A DNA stretch of 64,000 bases from Perkinsela sp. CCAP 1560/9 (taxonomy: Eukaryota; Protista; Euglenozoa: Kinetoplastea), in contig CBFFSA010000013.1 in assembly GCA_965644495.1 (NCBI GenBank), forward strand, positions 248,001 through 312,000, written 5' to 3'. A model generated the notes under the pieces. That model was not told the origin of the DNA. It did no database searches and saw only the letters and a list, made by a program, of their open reading frames with translations. Shown piece by piece: positions 43,401 to 58,400 of the stretch. A program made the translations under genes and the position numbers. The number at the start of each line of letters is the position of its first letter. The stretch's first letter is position 1.

Positions 43401-46400
43401 AGAAACTGTTCCCAACAGTGAAATTTTGGCGTCTACTTCATTTAGCACATCCTTTTGGTATCTATATTTTCTTCTTCGCTCGGCATGTAACTCGGACGCT
43501 ATGGAAAAAGATATTTTATTTATAAAAGGATTTTCTATAGACGCAAATAAGCAAAATTTCCTGTTGGAGTTTCTTGAATCACACTTATTCTGAAATATTT
43601 AAGAAACTACGACTTGAATTGAATATAAGCTTAGTACTAACGAACAGAACTGTATTACGTTATTGTGTTATTCTCAAAGTAGAAACTGTTCCCAACAGTG
43701 AAATTTTGGCGTCTACTTCATTTAGCACATCCTTTTGGTATCTATATTTTCTTCTTCGCTCGGCATGTAACTCAGACGCTATGGAAAAAGATATTTTATT
43801 TATAAAAGGATTTTCTATAGACGCAAATAAGCAAAATCTCCTTTTGGAGTTTCTTGAATCACACTTATTCTGAAATATTTAAGAAACTACGACTTGAATT
43901 GAATATAAGCTTAGTACTAACGAACAGAACTGTATTACGTTATTGTGTTATTCTCAAAGTAGAAACTGTTCCCAACAGTGAAATTTTGGCGTCTACTTCA
44001 TTTAGCACATCCTTTTGGTATCTATATTTTCTTCTTCGCTCGGCATGTAACTCGGACGCTATGGAAAAAGATATTTTATTTATAAAAGGATTTTCTATAG
44101 ACGCAAATAAGCAAAATTTCCTGTTGGAGTTTCTTGAATCACACTTATTCTGAAATATTTAAGAAACTACGACTTGAATTGAATATAAGCTTAGTACTAA
44201 CGAACAGAACTGTATTACGTTATTGTGTTATTCTCAAAGTAGAAACTGTTCCCAACAGTGAAATTTTGGCGTCTACCTCATTTAGCACATCCTTTTGGTA
44301 TCTATATTTTCTTCTTCGCTCGGCATGTAACTCGGACGCTATGGAAAAAGATATTTTATTTATAAAAGGATTTTCTATAGACGCAAATATGCAAAATTTC
44401 CTGTTGGAGTTTCTTGAATCATACTTATTCTGAAATATTTAAGAAACTACGACTTGAATTGAATATAAGCTTAGTACTAACGAACAGAACTGTATTACGT
44501 TATTGTGTTATTCTCAAAGTAGAAACTGTTCCCAACAGTGAAATTTTGGCGTCTACCTCATTTAGCACATCCTTTTGGTGTCTATATTTTCTTCTTCGCT
44601 CGGCATGTAACTCGGACGCTATGGAAAAAGATATTTTATTTATAAAAGGATTTTCTATAGACGCAAATATGCAAAATTTCCTGTTGGAGTTTCTTGAATC
44701 ATACTTATTCTGAAATATTTAAGAAACTACGACTTGAATTGAATATAAGCTTAGTACTAACGAACAGAACTGTATTACGTTATTGTGTTATTCTCAAAGT
44801 AGAAACTGTTCCCAACAGTGAAATTTTGGCGTCTACTTCATTTAGCACATCCTTTTGGTATCTATATTTTCTTCTTCGCTCGGCATGTAACTCAGACGCT
44901 ATGGAAAAAGATATTTTATTTATAAAAGGATTTTCTATAGACGCAAATAAGCAAAATCTCCTTTTGGAGTTTCTTGAATCACACTTATTCTGAAATATTT
45001 AAGAAACTACGACTTGAATTGAATATAAGCTTAGTACTAACGAACAGAACTGTATTACGTTATTGTGTTATTCTCAAAGTAGAAACTGTTCCCAACAGTG
45101 AAATTTTGGCGTCTACCTCATTTAGCACATCCTTTTGGTATCTATATTTTCTTCTTCGCTCGGCATGTAACTCGGACGCTATGGAAAAAGATATTTTATT
45201 TATAAAAGGATTTTCTATAGACGCAAATATGCAAAATTTCCTGTTGGAGTTTCTTGAATCATACTTATTCTGAAATATTTAAGAAACTACGACTTGAATT
45301 GAATATAAGCTTAGTACTAACGAACAGAACTGTATTACGTTATTGTGTTATTCTCAAAGTAGAAACTGTTCCCAACAGTGAAATTTTGGCGTCTACCTCA
45401 TTTAGCACATCCTTTTGGTATCTATATTTTCTTCTTCGCTCGGCATGTAACTCAGACGCTATGGAAAAAGATATTTTATTTATAAAAGGATTTTCTATAG
45501 ACGCAAATAAGCAAAATTTCCTGTTGGAGTTTCTTGAATCACACTTATTCTGAAATATTTAAGAAACTACGACTTGAATTGAATATAAGCTTAGTACTAA
45601 CGAACAGAACTGTATTACGTTATTGTGTTATTCTCAAAGTAGAAACTGTTCCCAACAGTGAAATTTTGGCGTCTACCTCATTTAGCACATCCTTTTGGTA
45701 TATATATTTTCTTCTTCGCTCGGCATGTAACTCGGACGCTATGGAAAAAGATATTTTATTTATAAAAGGATTTTCTATAGACGCAAATATGCAAAATTTC
45801 CTGTTGGAGTTTCTTGAATCATACTTATTCTGAAATATTTAAGAAACTACGACTTGAATTGAATATAAGCTTAGTACTAACGAACAGAACTGTATTACGT
45901 TATTGTGTTATTCTCAAAGTAGAAACTGTTCCCAACAGTGAAATTTTGGCGTCTACTTCATTTAGCACATCCTTTTGGTATCTATATTTTCTTCTTCGCT
46001 CGGCATGTAACTCAGACGCTATGGAAAAAGATATTTTATTTATAAAAGGATTTTCTATAGACGCAAATAAGCAAAATCTCCTTTTGGAGTTTCTTGAATC
46101 ACACTTATTCTGAAATATTTAAGAAACTACGACTTGAATTGAATATAAGCTTAGTACTAACGAACAGAACTGTATTACGTTATTGTGTTATTCTCAAAGT
46201 AGAAACTGTTCCCAACAGTGAAATTTTGGCGTCTACTTCATTTAGCACATCCTTTTGGTATCTATATTTTCTTCTTCGCTCGGCATGTAACTCGGACGCT
46301 ATGGAAAAAGATATTTTATTTATAAAAGGATTTTCTATAGACGCAAATAAGCAAAATTTCCTGTTGGAGTTTCTTGAATCACACTTATTCTGAAATATTT

Positions 46401-49400
46401 AAGAAACTACGACTTGAATTGAATATAAGCTTAGTACTAACGAACAGAACTGTATTACGTTATTGTGTTATTCTCAAAGTAGAAACTGTTCCCAACAGTG
46501 AAATTTTGGCGTCTACCTCATTTAGCACATCCTTTTGGTATCTATATTTTCTTCTTCGCTCGGCATGTAACTCGGACGCTATGGAAAAAGATATTTTATT
46601 TATAAAAGGATTTTCTATAGACGCAAATATGCAAAATTTCCTGTTGGAGTTTCTTGAATCATACTTATTCTGAAATATTTAAGAAACTACGACTTGAATT
46701 GAATATAAGCTTAGTACTAACGAACAGAACTGTATTACGTTATTGTGTTATTCTCAAAGTAGAAACTGTTCCCAACAGTGAAATTTTGGCGTCTACCTCA
46801 TTTAGCACATCCTTTTGGTGTCTATATTTTCTTCTTCGCTCGGCATGTAACTCGGACGCTATGGAAAAAGATATTTTATTTATAAAAGGATTTTCTATAG
46901 ACGCAAATATGCAAAATTTCCTGTTGGAGTTTCTTGAATCATACTTATTCTGAAATATTTAAGAAACTACGACTTGAATTGAATATAAGCTTAGTACTAA
47001 CGAACAGAACTGTATTACGTTATTGTGTTATTCTCAAAGTAGAAACTGTTCCCAACAGTGAAATTTTGGCGTCTACTTCATTTAGCACATCCTTTTGGTA
47101 TCTATATTTTCTTCTTCGCTCGGCATGTAACTCAGACGCTATGGAAAAAGATATTTTATTTATAAAAGGATTTTCTATAGACGCAAATAAGCAAAATCTC
47201 CTTTTGGAGTTTCTTGAATCACACTTATTCTGAAATATTTAAGAAACTACGACTTGAATTGAATATAAGCTTAGTACTAACGAACAGAACTGTATTACGT
47301 TATTGTGTTATTCTCAAAGTAGAAACTGTTCCCAACAGTGAAATTTTGGCGTCTACCTCATTTAGCACATCCTTTTGGTATCTATATTTTCTTCTTCGCT
47401 CGGCATGTAACTCGGACGCTATGGAAAAAGATATTTTATTTATAAAAGGATTTTCTATAGACGCAAATATGCAAAATTTCCTGTTGGAGTTTCTTGAATC
47501 ATACTTATTCTGAAATATTTAAGAAACTACGACTTGAATTGAATATAAGCTTAGTACTAACGAACAGAACTGTATTACGTTATTGTGTTATTCTCAAAGT
47601 AGAAACTGTTCCCAACAGCGAAATTTTGGCGTCTACTTCATTTAGCACATCCTTTTGGTATCTATATTTTCTTCTTCGCTCGGCATGTAACTCGGACGCT
47701 ATGGAAAAAGATATTTTATTTATAAAAGGATTTTCTATAGACGCAAATAAGCAAAATCTCCTTTTGGAGTTTCTTGAATCACACTTGTTCTGAAATATTT
47801 AAGAAACTACGACTTGAATTGAATATAAGCTTAGTACTAACGAACAGAACTGTATTACGTTATTGTGTTATTCTCAAAGTAGAAACTGTTCCCAACAGTG
47901 AAATTTTGGCGTCTACCTCATTTAGCACATCCTTTTGGTATCTATATTTTCTTCTTCGCTCGGCATGTAACTCGGACGCTATGGAAAAAGATATTTTATT
48001 TATAAAAGGATTTTCTATAGACGCAAATATGCAAAATTTCCTGTTGGAGTTTCTTGAATCATACTTATTCTGAAATATTTAAGAAACTAGGACTTGAATT
48101 GAATATAAGCTTAGTACTAACGAACAGAACTGTATTACGTTATTGTGTTATTCTCAAAGTAGAAACTGTTCCCAACAGTGAAATTTTGGCGTCTACCTCA
48201 TTTAGCACATCCTTTTGGTATCTATATTTTCTTCTTCGCTCGGCATGTAACTCGGACGCTATGGAAAAAGATATTTTATTTATAAAAGGATTTTCTATAG
48301 ACGCAAATATGCAAAATTTCCTGTTGGAGTTTCTTGAATCATACTTATTCTGAAATATTTAAGAAACTAGGACTTGAATTGAATATAAGCTTAGTACTAA
48401 CGAACAGAACTGTATTACGTTATTGTGTTATTCTCAAAGTAGAAACTGTTCCCAACAGTGAAATTTTGGCGTCTACCTCATTTAGCACATCCTTTTGGTA
48501 TCTATATTTTCTTCTTCGCTCGGCATGTAACTCGGACGCTATGGAAAAAGATATTTTATTTATAAAAGGATTTTCTATAGACGCAAATATGCAAAATTTC
48601 CTGTTGGAGTTTCTTGAATCATACTTATTCTGAAACATTTAAGAAACTACGACTTGAATTGAATATAAGCTTAGTACTAACGAACAGAACTGTATTACGT
48701 TATTGTGTTATTCTCAAAGTAGAAACTGTTCCCAACAGTGAAATTTTGGCGTCTACCTCATTTAGCACATCCTTTTGGTATCTATATTTTCTTCTTCGCT
48801 CGGCATGTAACTCGGACGCTATGGAAAAAGATATTTTATTTATAAAAGGATTTTCTATAGACGCAAATATGCAAAATTTCCTGTTGGAGTTTCTTGAATC
48901 ATACTTATTCTGAAATATTTAAGAAACTACGACTTGAATTGAATATAAGCTTAGTACTAACGAACAGAACTGTATTACGTTATTGTGTTATTCTCAAAGT
49001 AGAAACTGTTCCCAACAGTGAAATTTTGGCGTCTACCTCATTTAGCACATCCTTTTGGTATCTATATTTTCTTCTTCGCTCGGCATGTAACTCGGACGCT
49101 ATGGAAAAAGATATTTTATTTATAAAAGGATTTTCTATAGACGCAAATATGCAAAATTTCCTGTTGGAGTTTCTTGAATCATACTTATTCTGAAATATTT
49201 AAGAAACTACGACTTGAATTGAATATAAGCTTAGTACTAACGAACAGAACTGTATTACGTTATTGTGTTATTCTCAAAGTAGAAACTGTTCCCAACAGTG
49301 AAATTTTGGCGTCTACCTCATTTAGCACATCCTTTTGGTATCTATATTTTCTTCTTCGCTCGGCATGTAACTCAGACGCTATGGAAAAAGATATTTTATT

Positions 49401-52400
49401 TATAAAAGGATTTTCTATAGACGCAAATAAGCAAAATTTCCTGTTGGAGTTTCTTGAATCACACTTATTCTGAAATATTTAAGAAACTACGACTTGAATT
49501 GAATATAAGCTTAGTACTAACGAACAGAACTGTATTACGTTATTGTGTTATTCTCAAAGTAGAAACTGTTCCCAACAGTGAAATTTTGGCGTCTACCTCA
49601 TTTAGCACATCCTTTTGGTGTCTATATTTTCTTCTTCGCTCGGCATGTAACTCGGACGCTATGGAAAAAGATATTTTATTTATAAAAGGATTTTCTATAG
49701 ACGCAAATATGCAAAATTTCCTGTTGGAGTTTCTTGAATCATACTTATTCTGAAATATTTAAGAAACTACGACTTGAATTGAATATAAGCTTAGTACTAA
49801 CGAACAGAACTGTATTACGTTATTGTGTTATTCTCAAAGTAGAAACTGTTCCCAACAGTGAAATTTTGGCGTCTACTTCATTTAGCACATCCTTTTGGTA
49901 TCTATATTTTCTTCTTCGCTCGGCATGTAACTCAGACGCTATGGAAAAAGATATTTTATTTATAAAAGGATTTTCTATAGACGCAAATAAGCAAAATCTC
50001 CTTTTGGAGTTTCTTGAATCACACTTATTCTGAAATATTTAAGAAACTACGACTTGAATTGAATATAAGCTTAGTACTAACGAACAGAACTGTATTACGT
50101 TATTGTGTTATTCTCAAAGTAGAAACTGTTCCCAACAGTGAAATTTTGGCGTCTACTTCATTTAGCACATCCTTTTGGTATCTATATTTTCTTCTTCGCT
50201 CGGCATGTAACTCGGACGCTATGGAAAAAGATATTTTATTTATAAAAGGATTTTCTATAGACGCAAATAAGCAAAATTTCCTGTTGGAGTTTCTTGAATC
50301 ACACTTATTCTGAAATATTTAAGAAACTACGACTTGAATTGAATATAAGCTTAGTACTAACGAACAGAACTGTATTACGTTATTGTGTTATTCTCAAAGT
50401 AGAAACTGTTCCCAACAGTGAAATTTTGGCGTCTACCTCATTTAGCACATCCTTTTGGTATCTATATTTTCTTCTTCGCTCGGCATGTAACTCGGACGCT
50501 ATGGAAAAAGATATTTTATTTATAAAAGGATTTTCTATAGACGCAAATATGCAAAATTTCCTGTTGGAGTTTCTTGAATCATACTTATTCTGAAATATTT
50601 AAGAAACTACGACTTGAATTGAATATAAGCTTAGTACTAACGAACAGAACTGTATTACGTTATTGTGTTATTCTCAAAGTAGAAACTGTTCCCAACAGTG
50701 AAATTTTGGCGTCTACCTCATTTAGCACATCCTTTTGGTGTCTATATTTTCTTCTTCGCTCGGCATGTAACTCGGACGCTATGGAAAAAGATATTTTATT
50801 TATAAAAGGATTTTCTATAGACGCAAATATGCAAAATTTCCTGTTGGAGTTTCTTGAATCATACTTATTCTGAAATATTTAAGAAACTACGACTTGAATT
50901 GAATATAAGCTTAGTACTAACGAACAGAACTGTATTACGTTATTGTGTTATTCTCAAAGTAGAAACTGTTCCCAACAGTGAAATTTTGGCGTCTACTTCA
51001 TTTAGCACATCCTTTTGGTATCTATATTTTCTTCTTCGCTCGGCATGTAACTCAGACGCTATGGAAAAAGATATTTTATTTATAAAAGGATTTTCTATAG
51101 ACGCAAATAAGCAAAATCTCCTTTTGGAGTTTCTTGAATCACACTTATTCTGAAATATTTAAGAAACTACGACTTGAATTGAATATAAGCTTAGTACTAA
51201 CGAACAGAACTGTATTACGTTATTGTGTTATTCTCAAAGTAGAAACTGTTCCCAACAGTGAAATTTTGGCGTCTACCTCATTTAGCACATCCTTTTGGTA
51301 TCTATATTTTCTTCTTCGCTCGGCATGTAACTCGGACGCTATGGAAAAAGATATTTTATTTATAAAAGGATTTTCTATAGACGCAAATATGCAAAATTTC
51401 CTGTTGGAGTTTCTTGAATCATACTTATTCTGAAATATTTAAGAAACTACGACTTGAATTGAATATAAGCTTAGTACTAACGAACAGAACTGTATTACGT
51501 TATTGTGTTATTCTCAAAGTAGAAACTGTTCCCAACAGTGAAATTTTGGCGTCTACCTCATTTAGCACATCCTTTTGGTATCTATATTTTCTTCTTCGCT
51601 CGGCATGTAACTCAGACGCTATGGAAAAAGATATTTTATTTATAAAAGGATTTTCTATAGACGCAAATAAGCAAAATTTCCTGTTGGAGTTTCTTGAATC
51701 ACACTTATTCTGAAATATTTAAGAAACTACGACTTGAATTGAATATAAGCTTAGTACTAACGAACAGAACTGTATTACGTTATTGTGTTATTCTCAAAGT
51801 AGAAACTGTTCCCAACAGTGAAATTTTAGCGTCTACCTCATTTAGCACATCCTTTTGGTGTCTATATTTTCTTCTTCGCTCGGCATGTAACTCGGACGCT
51901 ATGGAAAAAGATATTTTATTTATAAAAGGATTTTCTATAGACGCAAATATGCAAAATTTCCTGTTGGAGTTTCTTGAATCATACTTATTCTGAAATATTT
52001 AAGAAACTACGACTTGAATTGAATATAAGCTTAGTACTAACGAACAGAACTGTATTACGTTATTGTGTTATTCTCAAAGTAGAAACTGTTCCCAACAGTG
52101 AAATTTTGGCGTCTACTTCATTTAGCACATCCTTTTGGTATCTATATTTTCTTCTTCGCTCGGCATGTAACTCAGACGCTATGGAAAAAGATATTTTATT
52201 TATAAAAGGATTTTCTATAGACGCAAATAAGCAAAATCTCCTTTTGGAGTTTCTTGAATCACACTTATTCTGAAATATTTAAGAAACTACGACTTGAATT
52301 GAATATAAGCTTAGTACTAACGAACAGAACTGTATTACGTTATTGTGTTATTCTCAAAGTAGAAACTGTTCCCAACAGTGAAATTTTGGCGTCTACTTCA

Positions 52401-55400
52401 TTTAGCACATCCTTTTGGTATCTATATTTTCTTCTTCGCTCGGCATGTAACTCGGACGCTATGGAAAAAGATATTTTATTTATAAAAGGATTTTCTATAG
52501 ACGCAAATATGCAAAATTTCCTGTTGGAGTTTCTTGAATCATACTTATTCTGAAATATTTAAGAAACTACGACTTGAATTGAATATAAGCTTAGTACTAA
52601 CGAACAGAACTGTATTACGTTATTGTGTTATTCTCAAAGTAGAAACTGTTCCCAACAGTGAAATTTTGGCGTCTACCTCATTTAGCACATCCTTTTGGTA
52701 TCTATATTTTCTTCTTCGCTCGGCATGTAACTCGGACGCTATGGAAAAAGATATTTTATTTATAAAAGGATTTTCTATAGACGCAAATATGCAAAATTTC
52801 CTGTTGGAGTTTCTTGAATCATACTTATTCTGAAATATTTAAGAAACTACGACTTGAATTGAATATAAGCTTAGTACTAACGAACAGAACTGTATTACGT
52901 TATTGTGTTATTCTCAAAGTAGAAACTGTTCCCAACAGTGAAATTTTGGCGTCTACCTCATTTAGCACATCCTTTTGGTGTCTATATTTTCTTCTTCGCT
53001 CGGCATGTAACTCGGACGCTATGGAAAAAGATATTTTATTTATAAAAGGATTTTCTATAGACGCAAATATGCAAAATTTCCTGTTGGAGTTTCTTGAATC
53101 ATACTTATTCTGAAATATTTAAGAAACTACGACTTGAATTGAATATAAGCTTAGTACTAACGAACAGAACTGTATTACGTTATTGTGTTATTCTCAAAGT
53201 AGAAACTGTTCCCAACAGTGAAATTTTGGCGTCTACTTCATTTAGCACATCCTTTTGGTATCTATATTTTCTTCTTCGCTCGGCATGTAACTCGGACGCT
53301 ATGGAAAAAGATATTTTATTTATAAAAGGATTTTCTATAGACGCAAATAAGCAAAATCTCCTTTTGGAGTTTCTTGAATCACACTTATTCTGAAATATTT
53401 AAGAAACTACGACTTGAATTGAATATAAGCTTAGTACTAACGAACAGAACTGTATTACGTTATTGTGTTATTCTCAAAGTAGAAACTGTTCCCAACAGTG
53501 AAATTTTGGCGTCTACCTCATTTAGCACATCCTTTTGGTATCTATATTTTCTTCTTCGCTCGGCATGTAACTCGGACGCTATGGAAAAAGATATTTTATT
53601 TATAAAAGGATTTTCTATAGACGCAAATATGCAAAATTTCCTGTTGGAGTTTCTTGAATCATACTTATTCTGAAATATTTAAGAAACTACGACTTGAATT
53701 GAATATAAGCTTAGTACTAACGAACAGAACTGTATTACGTTATTGTGTTATTCTCAAAGTAGAAACTGTTCCCAACAGTGAAATTTTGGCGTCTACCTCA
53801 TTTAGCACATCCTTTTGGTATCTATATTTTCTTCTTCGCTCGGCATGTAACTCGGACGCTATGGAAAAAGATATTTTATTTATAAAAGGATTTTCTATAG
53901 ACGCAAATAAGCAAAATCTCCTTTTGGAGTTTCTTGAATCACACTTGTTCTGAAATATTTAAGAAACTACGACTTGAATTGAATATAAGCTTAGTACTAA
54001 CGAACAGAACTGTATTACGTTATTGTGTTATTCTCAAAGTAGAAACTGTTCCCAACAGTGAAATTTTGGCGTCTACCTCATTTAGCACATCCTTTTGGTA
54101 TCTATATTTTCTTCTTCGCTCGGCATGTAACTCGGACGCTATGGAAAAAGATATTTTATTTATAAAAGGATTTTCTATAGACGCAAATATGCAAAATTTC
54201 CTGTTGGAGTTTCTTGAATCATACTTATTCTGAAATATTTAAGAAACTAGGACTTGAATTGAATATAAGCTTAGTACTAACGAACAGAACTGTATTACGT
54301 TATTGTGTTATTCTCAAAGTAGAAACTGTTCCCAACAGTGAAATTTTGGCGTCTACCTCATTTAGCACATCCTTTTGGTATCTATATTTTCTTCTTCGCT
54401 CGGCATGTAACTCGGACGCTATGGAAAAAGATATTTTATTTATAAAAGGATTTTCTATAGACGCAAATATGCAAAATTTCCTGTTGGAGTTTCTTGAATC
54501 ATACTTATTCTGAAATATTTAAGAAACTAGGACTTGAATTGAATATAAGCTTAGTACTAACGAACAGAACTGTATTACGTTATTGTGTTATTCTCAAAGT
54601 AGAAACTGTTCCCAACAGTGAAATTTTGGCGTCTACCTCATTTAGCACATCCTTTTGGTATCTATATTTTCTTCTTCGCTCGGCATGTAACTCGGACGCT
54701 ATGGAAAAAGATATTTTATTTATAAAAGGATTTTCTATAGACGCAAATATGCAAAATTTCCTGTTGGAGTTTCTTGAATCATACTTATTCTGAAACATTT
54801 AAGAAACTACGACTTGAATTGAATATAAGCTTAGTACTAACGAACAGAACTGTATTACGTTATTGTGTTATTCTCAAAGTAGAAACTGTTCCCAACAGTG
54901 AAATTTTGGCGTCTACCTCATTTAGCACATCCTTTTGGTATCTATATTTTCTTCTTCGCTCGGCATGTAACTCGGACGCTATGGAAAAAGATATTTTATT
55001 TATAAAAGGATTTTCTATAGACGCAAATATGCAAAATTTCCTGTTGGAGTTTCTTGAATCATACTTATTCTGAAATATTTAAGAAACTACGACTTGAATT
55101 GAATATAAGCTTAGTACTAACGAACAGAACTGTATTACGTTATTGTGTTATTCTCAAAGTAGAAACTGTTCCCAACAGTGAAATTTTGGCGTCTACCTCA
55201 TTTAGCACATCCTTTTGGTATCTATATTTTCTTCTTCGCTCGGCATGTAACTCGGACGCTATGGAAAAAGATATTTTATTTATAAAAGGATTTTCTATAG
55301 ACGCAAATATGCAAAATTTCCTGTTGGAGTTTCTTGAATCATACTTATTCTGAAATATTTAAGAAACTACGACTTGAATTGAATATAAGCTTAGTACTAA

Positions 55401-58400
55401 CGAACAGAACTGTATTACGTTATTGTGTTATTCTCAAAGTAGAAACTGTTCCCAACAGTGAAATTTTGGCGTCTACCTCATTTAGCACATCCTTTTGGTA
55501 TCTATATTTTCTTCTTCGCTCGGCATGTAACTCAGACGCTATGGAAAAAGATATTTTATTTATAAAAGGATTTTCTATAGACGCAAATAAGCAAAATTTC
55601 CTGTTGGAGTTTCTTGAATCATACTTATTCTGAAATATTTAAGAAACTACGACTTGAATTGAATATAAGCTTAGTACTAACGAACAGAACTGTATTACGT
55701 TATTGTGTTATTCTCAAAGTAGAAACTGTTCCCAACAGTGAAATTTTGGCGTCTACTTCATTTAGCACATCCTTTTGGTATCTATATTTTCTTCTTCGCT
55801 CGGCATGTAACTCAGACGCTATGGAAAAAGATATTTTATTTATAAAAGGATTTTCTATAGACGCAAATAAGCAAAATCTCCTTTTGGAGTTTCTTGAATC
55901 ACACTTATTCTGAAATATTTAAGAAACTACGACTTGAATTGAATATAAGCTTAGTACTAACGAACAGAACTGTATTACGTTATTGTGTTATTCTCAAAGT
56001 AGAAACTGTTCCCAACAGTGAAATTTTGGCGTCTACCTCATTTAGCACATCCTTTTGGTATCTATATTTTCTTCTTCGCTCGGCATGTAACTCGGACGCT
56101 ATGGAAAAAGATATTTTATTTATAAAAGGATTTTCTATAGACGCAAATATGCAAAATTTCCTGTTGGAGTTTCTTGAATCATACTTATTCTGAAATATTT
56201 AAGAAACTACGACTTGAATTGAATATAAGCTTAGTACTAACGAACAGAACTGTATTACGTTATTGTGTTATTCTCAAAGTAGAAACTGTTCCCAACAGTG
56301 AAATTTTGGCGTCTACTTCATTTAGCACATCCTTTTGGTATCTATATTTTCTTCTTCGCTCGGCATGTAACTCAGACGCTATGGAAAAAGATATTTTATT
56401 TATAAAAGGATTTTCTATAGACGCAAATAAGCAAAATCTCCTTTTGGAGTTTCTTGAATCACACTTATTCTGAAATATTTAAGAAACTACGACTTGAATT
56501 GAATATAAGCTTAGTACTAACGAACAGAACTGTATTACGTTATTGTGTTATTCTCAAAGTAGAAACTGTTCCCAACAGTGAAATTTTGGCGTCTACCTCA
56601 TTTAGCACATCCTTTTGGTATCTATATTTTCTTCTTCGCTCGGCATGTAACTCGGACGCTATGGAAAAAGATATTTTATTTATAAAAGGATTTTCTATAG
56701 ACGCAAATATGCAAAATTTCCTGTTGGAGTTTCTTGAATCATACTTATTCTGAAATATTTAAGAAACTACGACTTGAATTGAATATAAGCTTAGTACTAA
56801 CGAACAGAACTGTATTACGTTATTGTGTTATTCTCAAAGTAGAAACTGTTCCCAACAGTGAAATTTTGGCGTCTACCTCATTTAGCACATCCTTTTGGTA
56901 TCTATATTTTCTTCTTCGCTCGGCATGTAACTCAGACGCTATGGAAAAAGATATTTTATTTATAAAAGGATTTTCTATAGACGCAAATAAGCAAAATTTC
57001 CTGTTGGAGTTTCTTGAATCACACTTATTCTGAAATATTTAAGAAACTACGACTTGAATTGAATATAAGCTTAGTACTAACGAACAGAACTGTATTACGT
57101 TATTGTGTTATTCTCAAAGTAGAAACTGTTCCCAACAGTGAAATTTTGGCGTCTACCTCATTTAGCACATCCTTTTGGTATCTATATTTTCTTCTTCGCT
57201 CGGCATGTAACTCGGACGCTATGGAAAAAGATATTTTATTTATAAAAGGATTTTCTATAGACGCAAATATGCAAAATTTCCTGTTGGAGTTTCTTGAATC
57301 ATACTTATTCTGAAATATTTAAGAAACTACGACTTGAATTGAATATAAGCTTAGTACTAACGAACAGAACTGTATTACGTTATTGTGTTATTCTCAAAGT
57401 AGAAACTGTTCCCAACAGTGAAATTTTGGCGTCTACCTCATTTAGCACATCCTTTTGGTATCTATATTTTCTTCTTCGCTCGGCATGTAACTCAGACGCT
57501 ATGGAAAAAGATATTTTATTTATAAAAGGATTTTCTATAGACGCAAATAAGCAAAATTTCCTGTTGGAGTTTCTTGAATCACACTTATTCTGAAATATTT
57601 AAGAAACTACGACTTGAATTGAATATAAGCTTAGTACTAACGAACAGAACTGTATTACGTTATTGTGTTATTCTCAAAGTAGAAACTGTTCCCAACAGTG
57701 AAATTTTGGCGTCTACCTCATTTAGCACATCCTTTTGGTATCTATATTTTCTTCTTCGCTCGGCATGTGACTCGGACGCTATGGAAAAAGATATTTTATT
57801 TATAAAAGGATTTTCTATAGACGCAAATATGCAAAATTTCCTGTTGGAGTTTCTTGAATCATACTTATTCTGAAATATTTAAGAAACTACGACTTGAATT
57901 GAATATAAGCTTAGTACTAACGAACAGAACTGTATTACGTTATTGTGTTATTCTCAAAGTAGAAACTGTTCCCAACAGTGAAATTTTGGCGTCTACCTCA
58001 TTTAGCACATCCTTTTGGTGTCTATATTTTCTTCTTCGCTCGGCATGTAACTCGGACGCTATGGAAAAAGATATTTTATTTATAAAAGGATTTTCTATAG
58101 ACGCAAATATGCAAAATTTCCTGTTGGAGTTTCTTGAATCATACTTATTCTGAAATATTTAAGAAACTACGACTTGAATTGAATATAAGCTTAGTACTAA
58201 CGAACAGAACTGTATTACGTTATTGTGTTATTCTCAAAGTAGAAACTGTTCCCAACAGTGAAATTTTGGCGTCTACCTCATTTAGCACATCCTTTTGGTA
58301 TCTATATTTTCTTCTTCGCTCGGCATGTAACTCGGACGCTATGGAAAAAGATATTTTATTTATAAAAGGATTTTCTATAGACGCAAATATGCAAAATTTC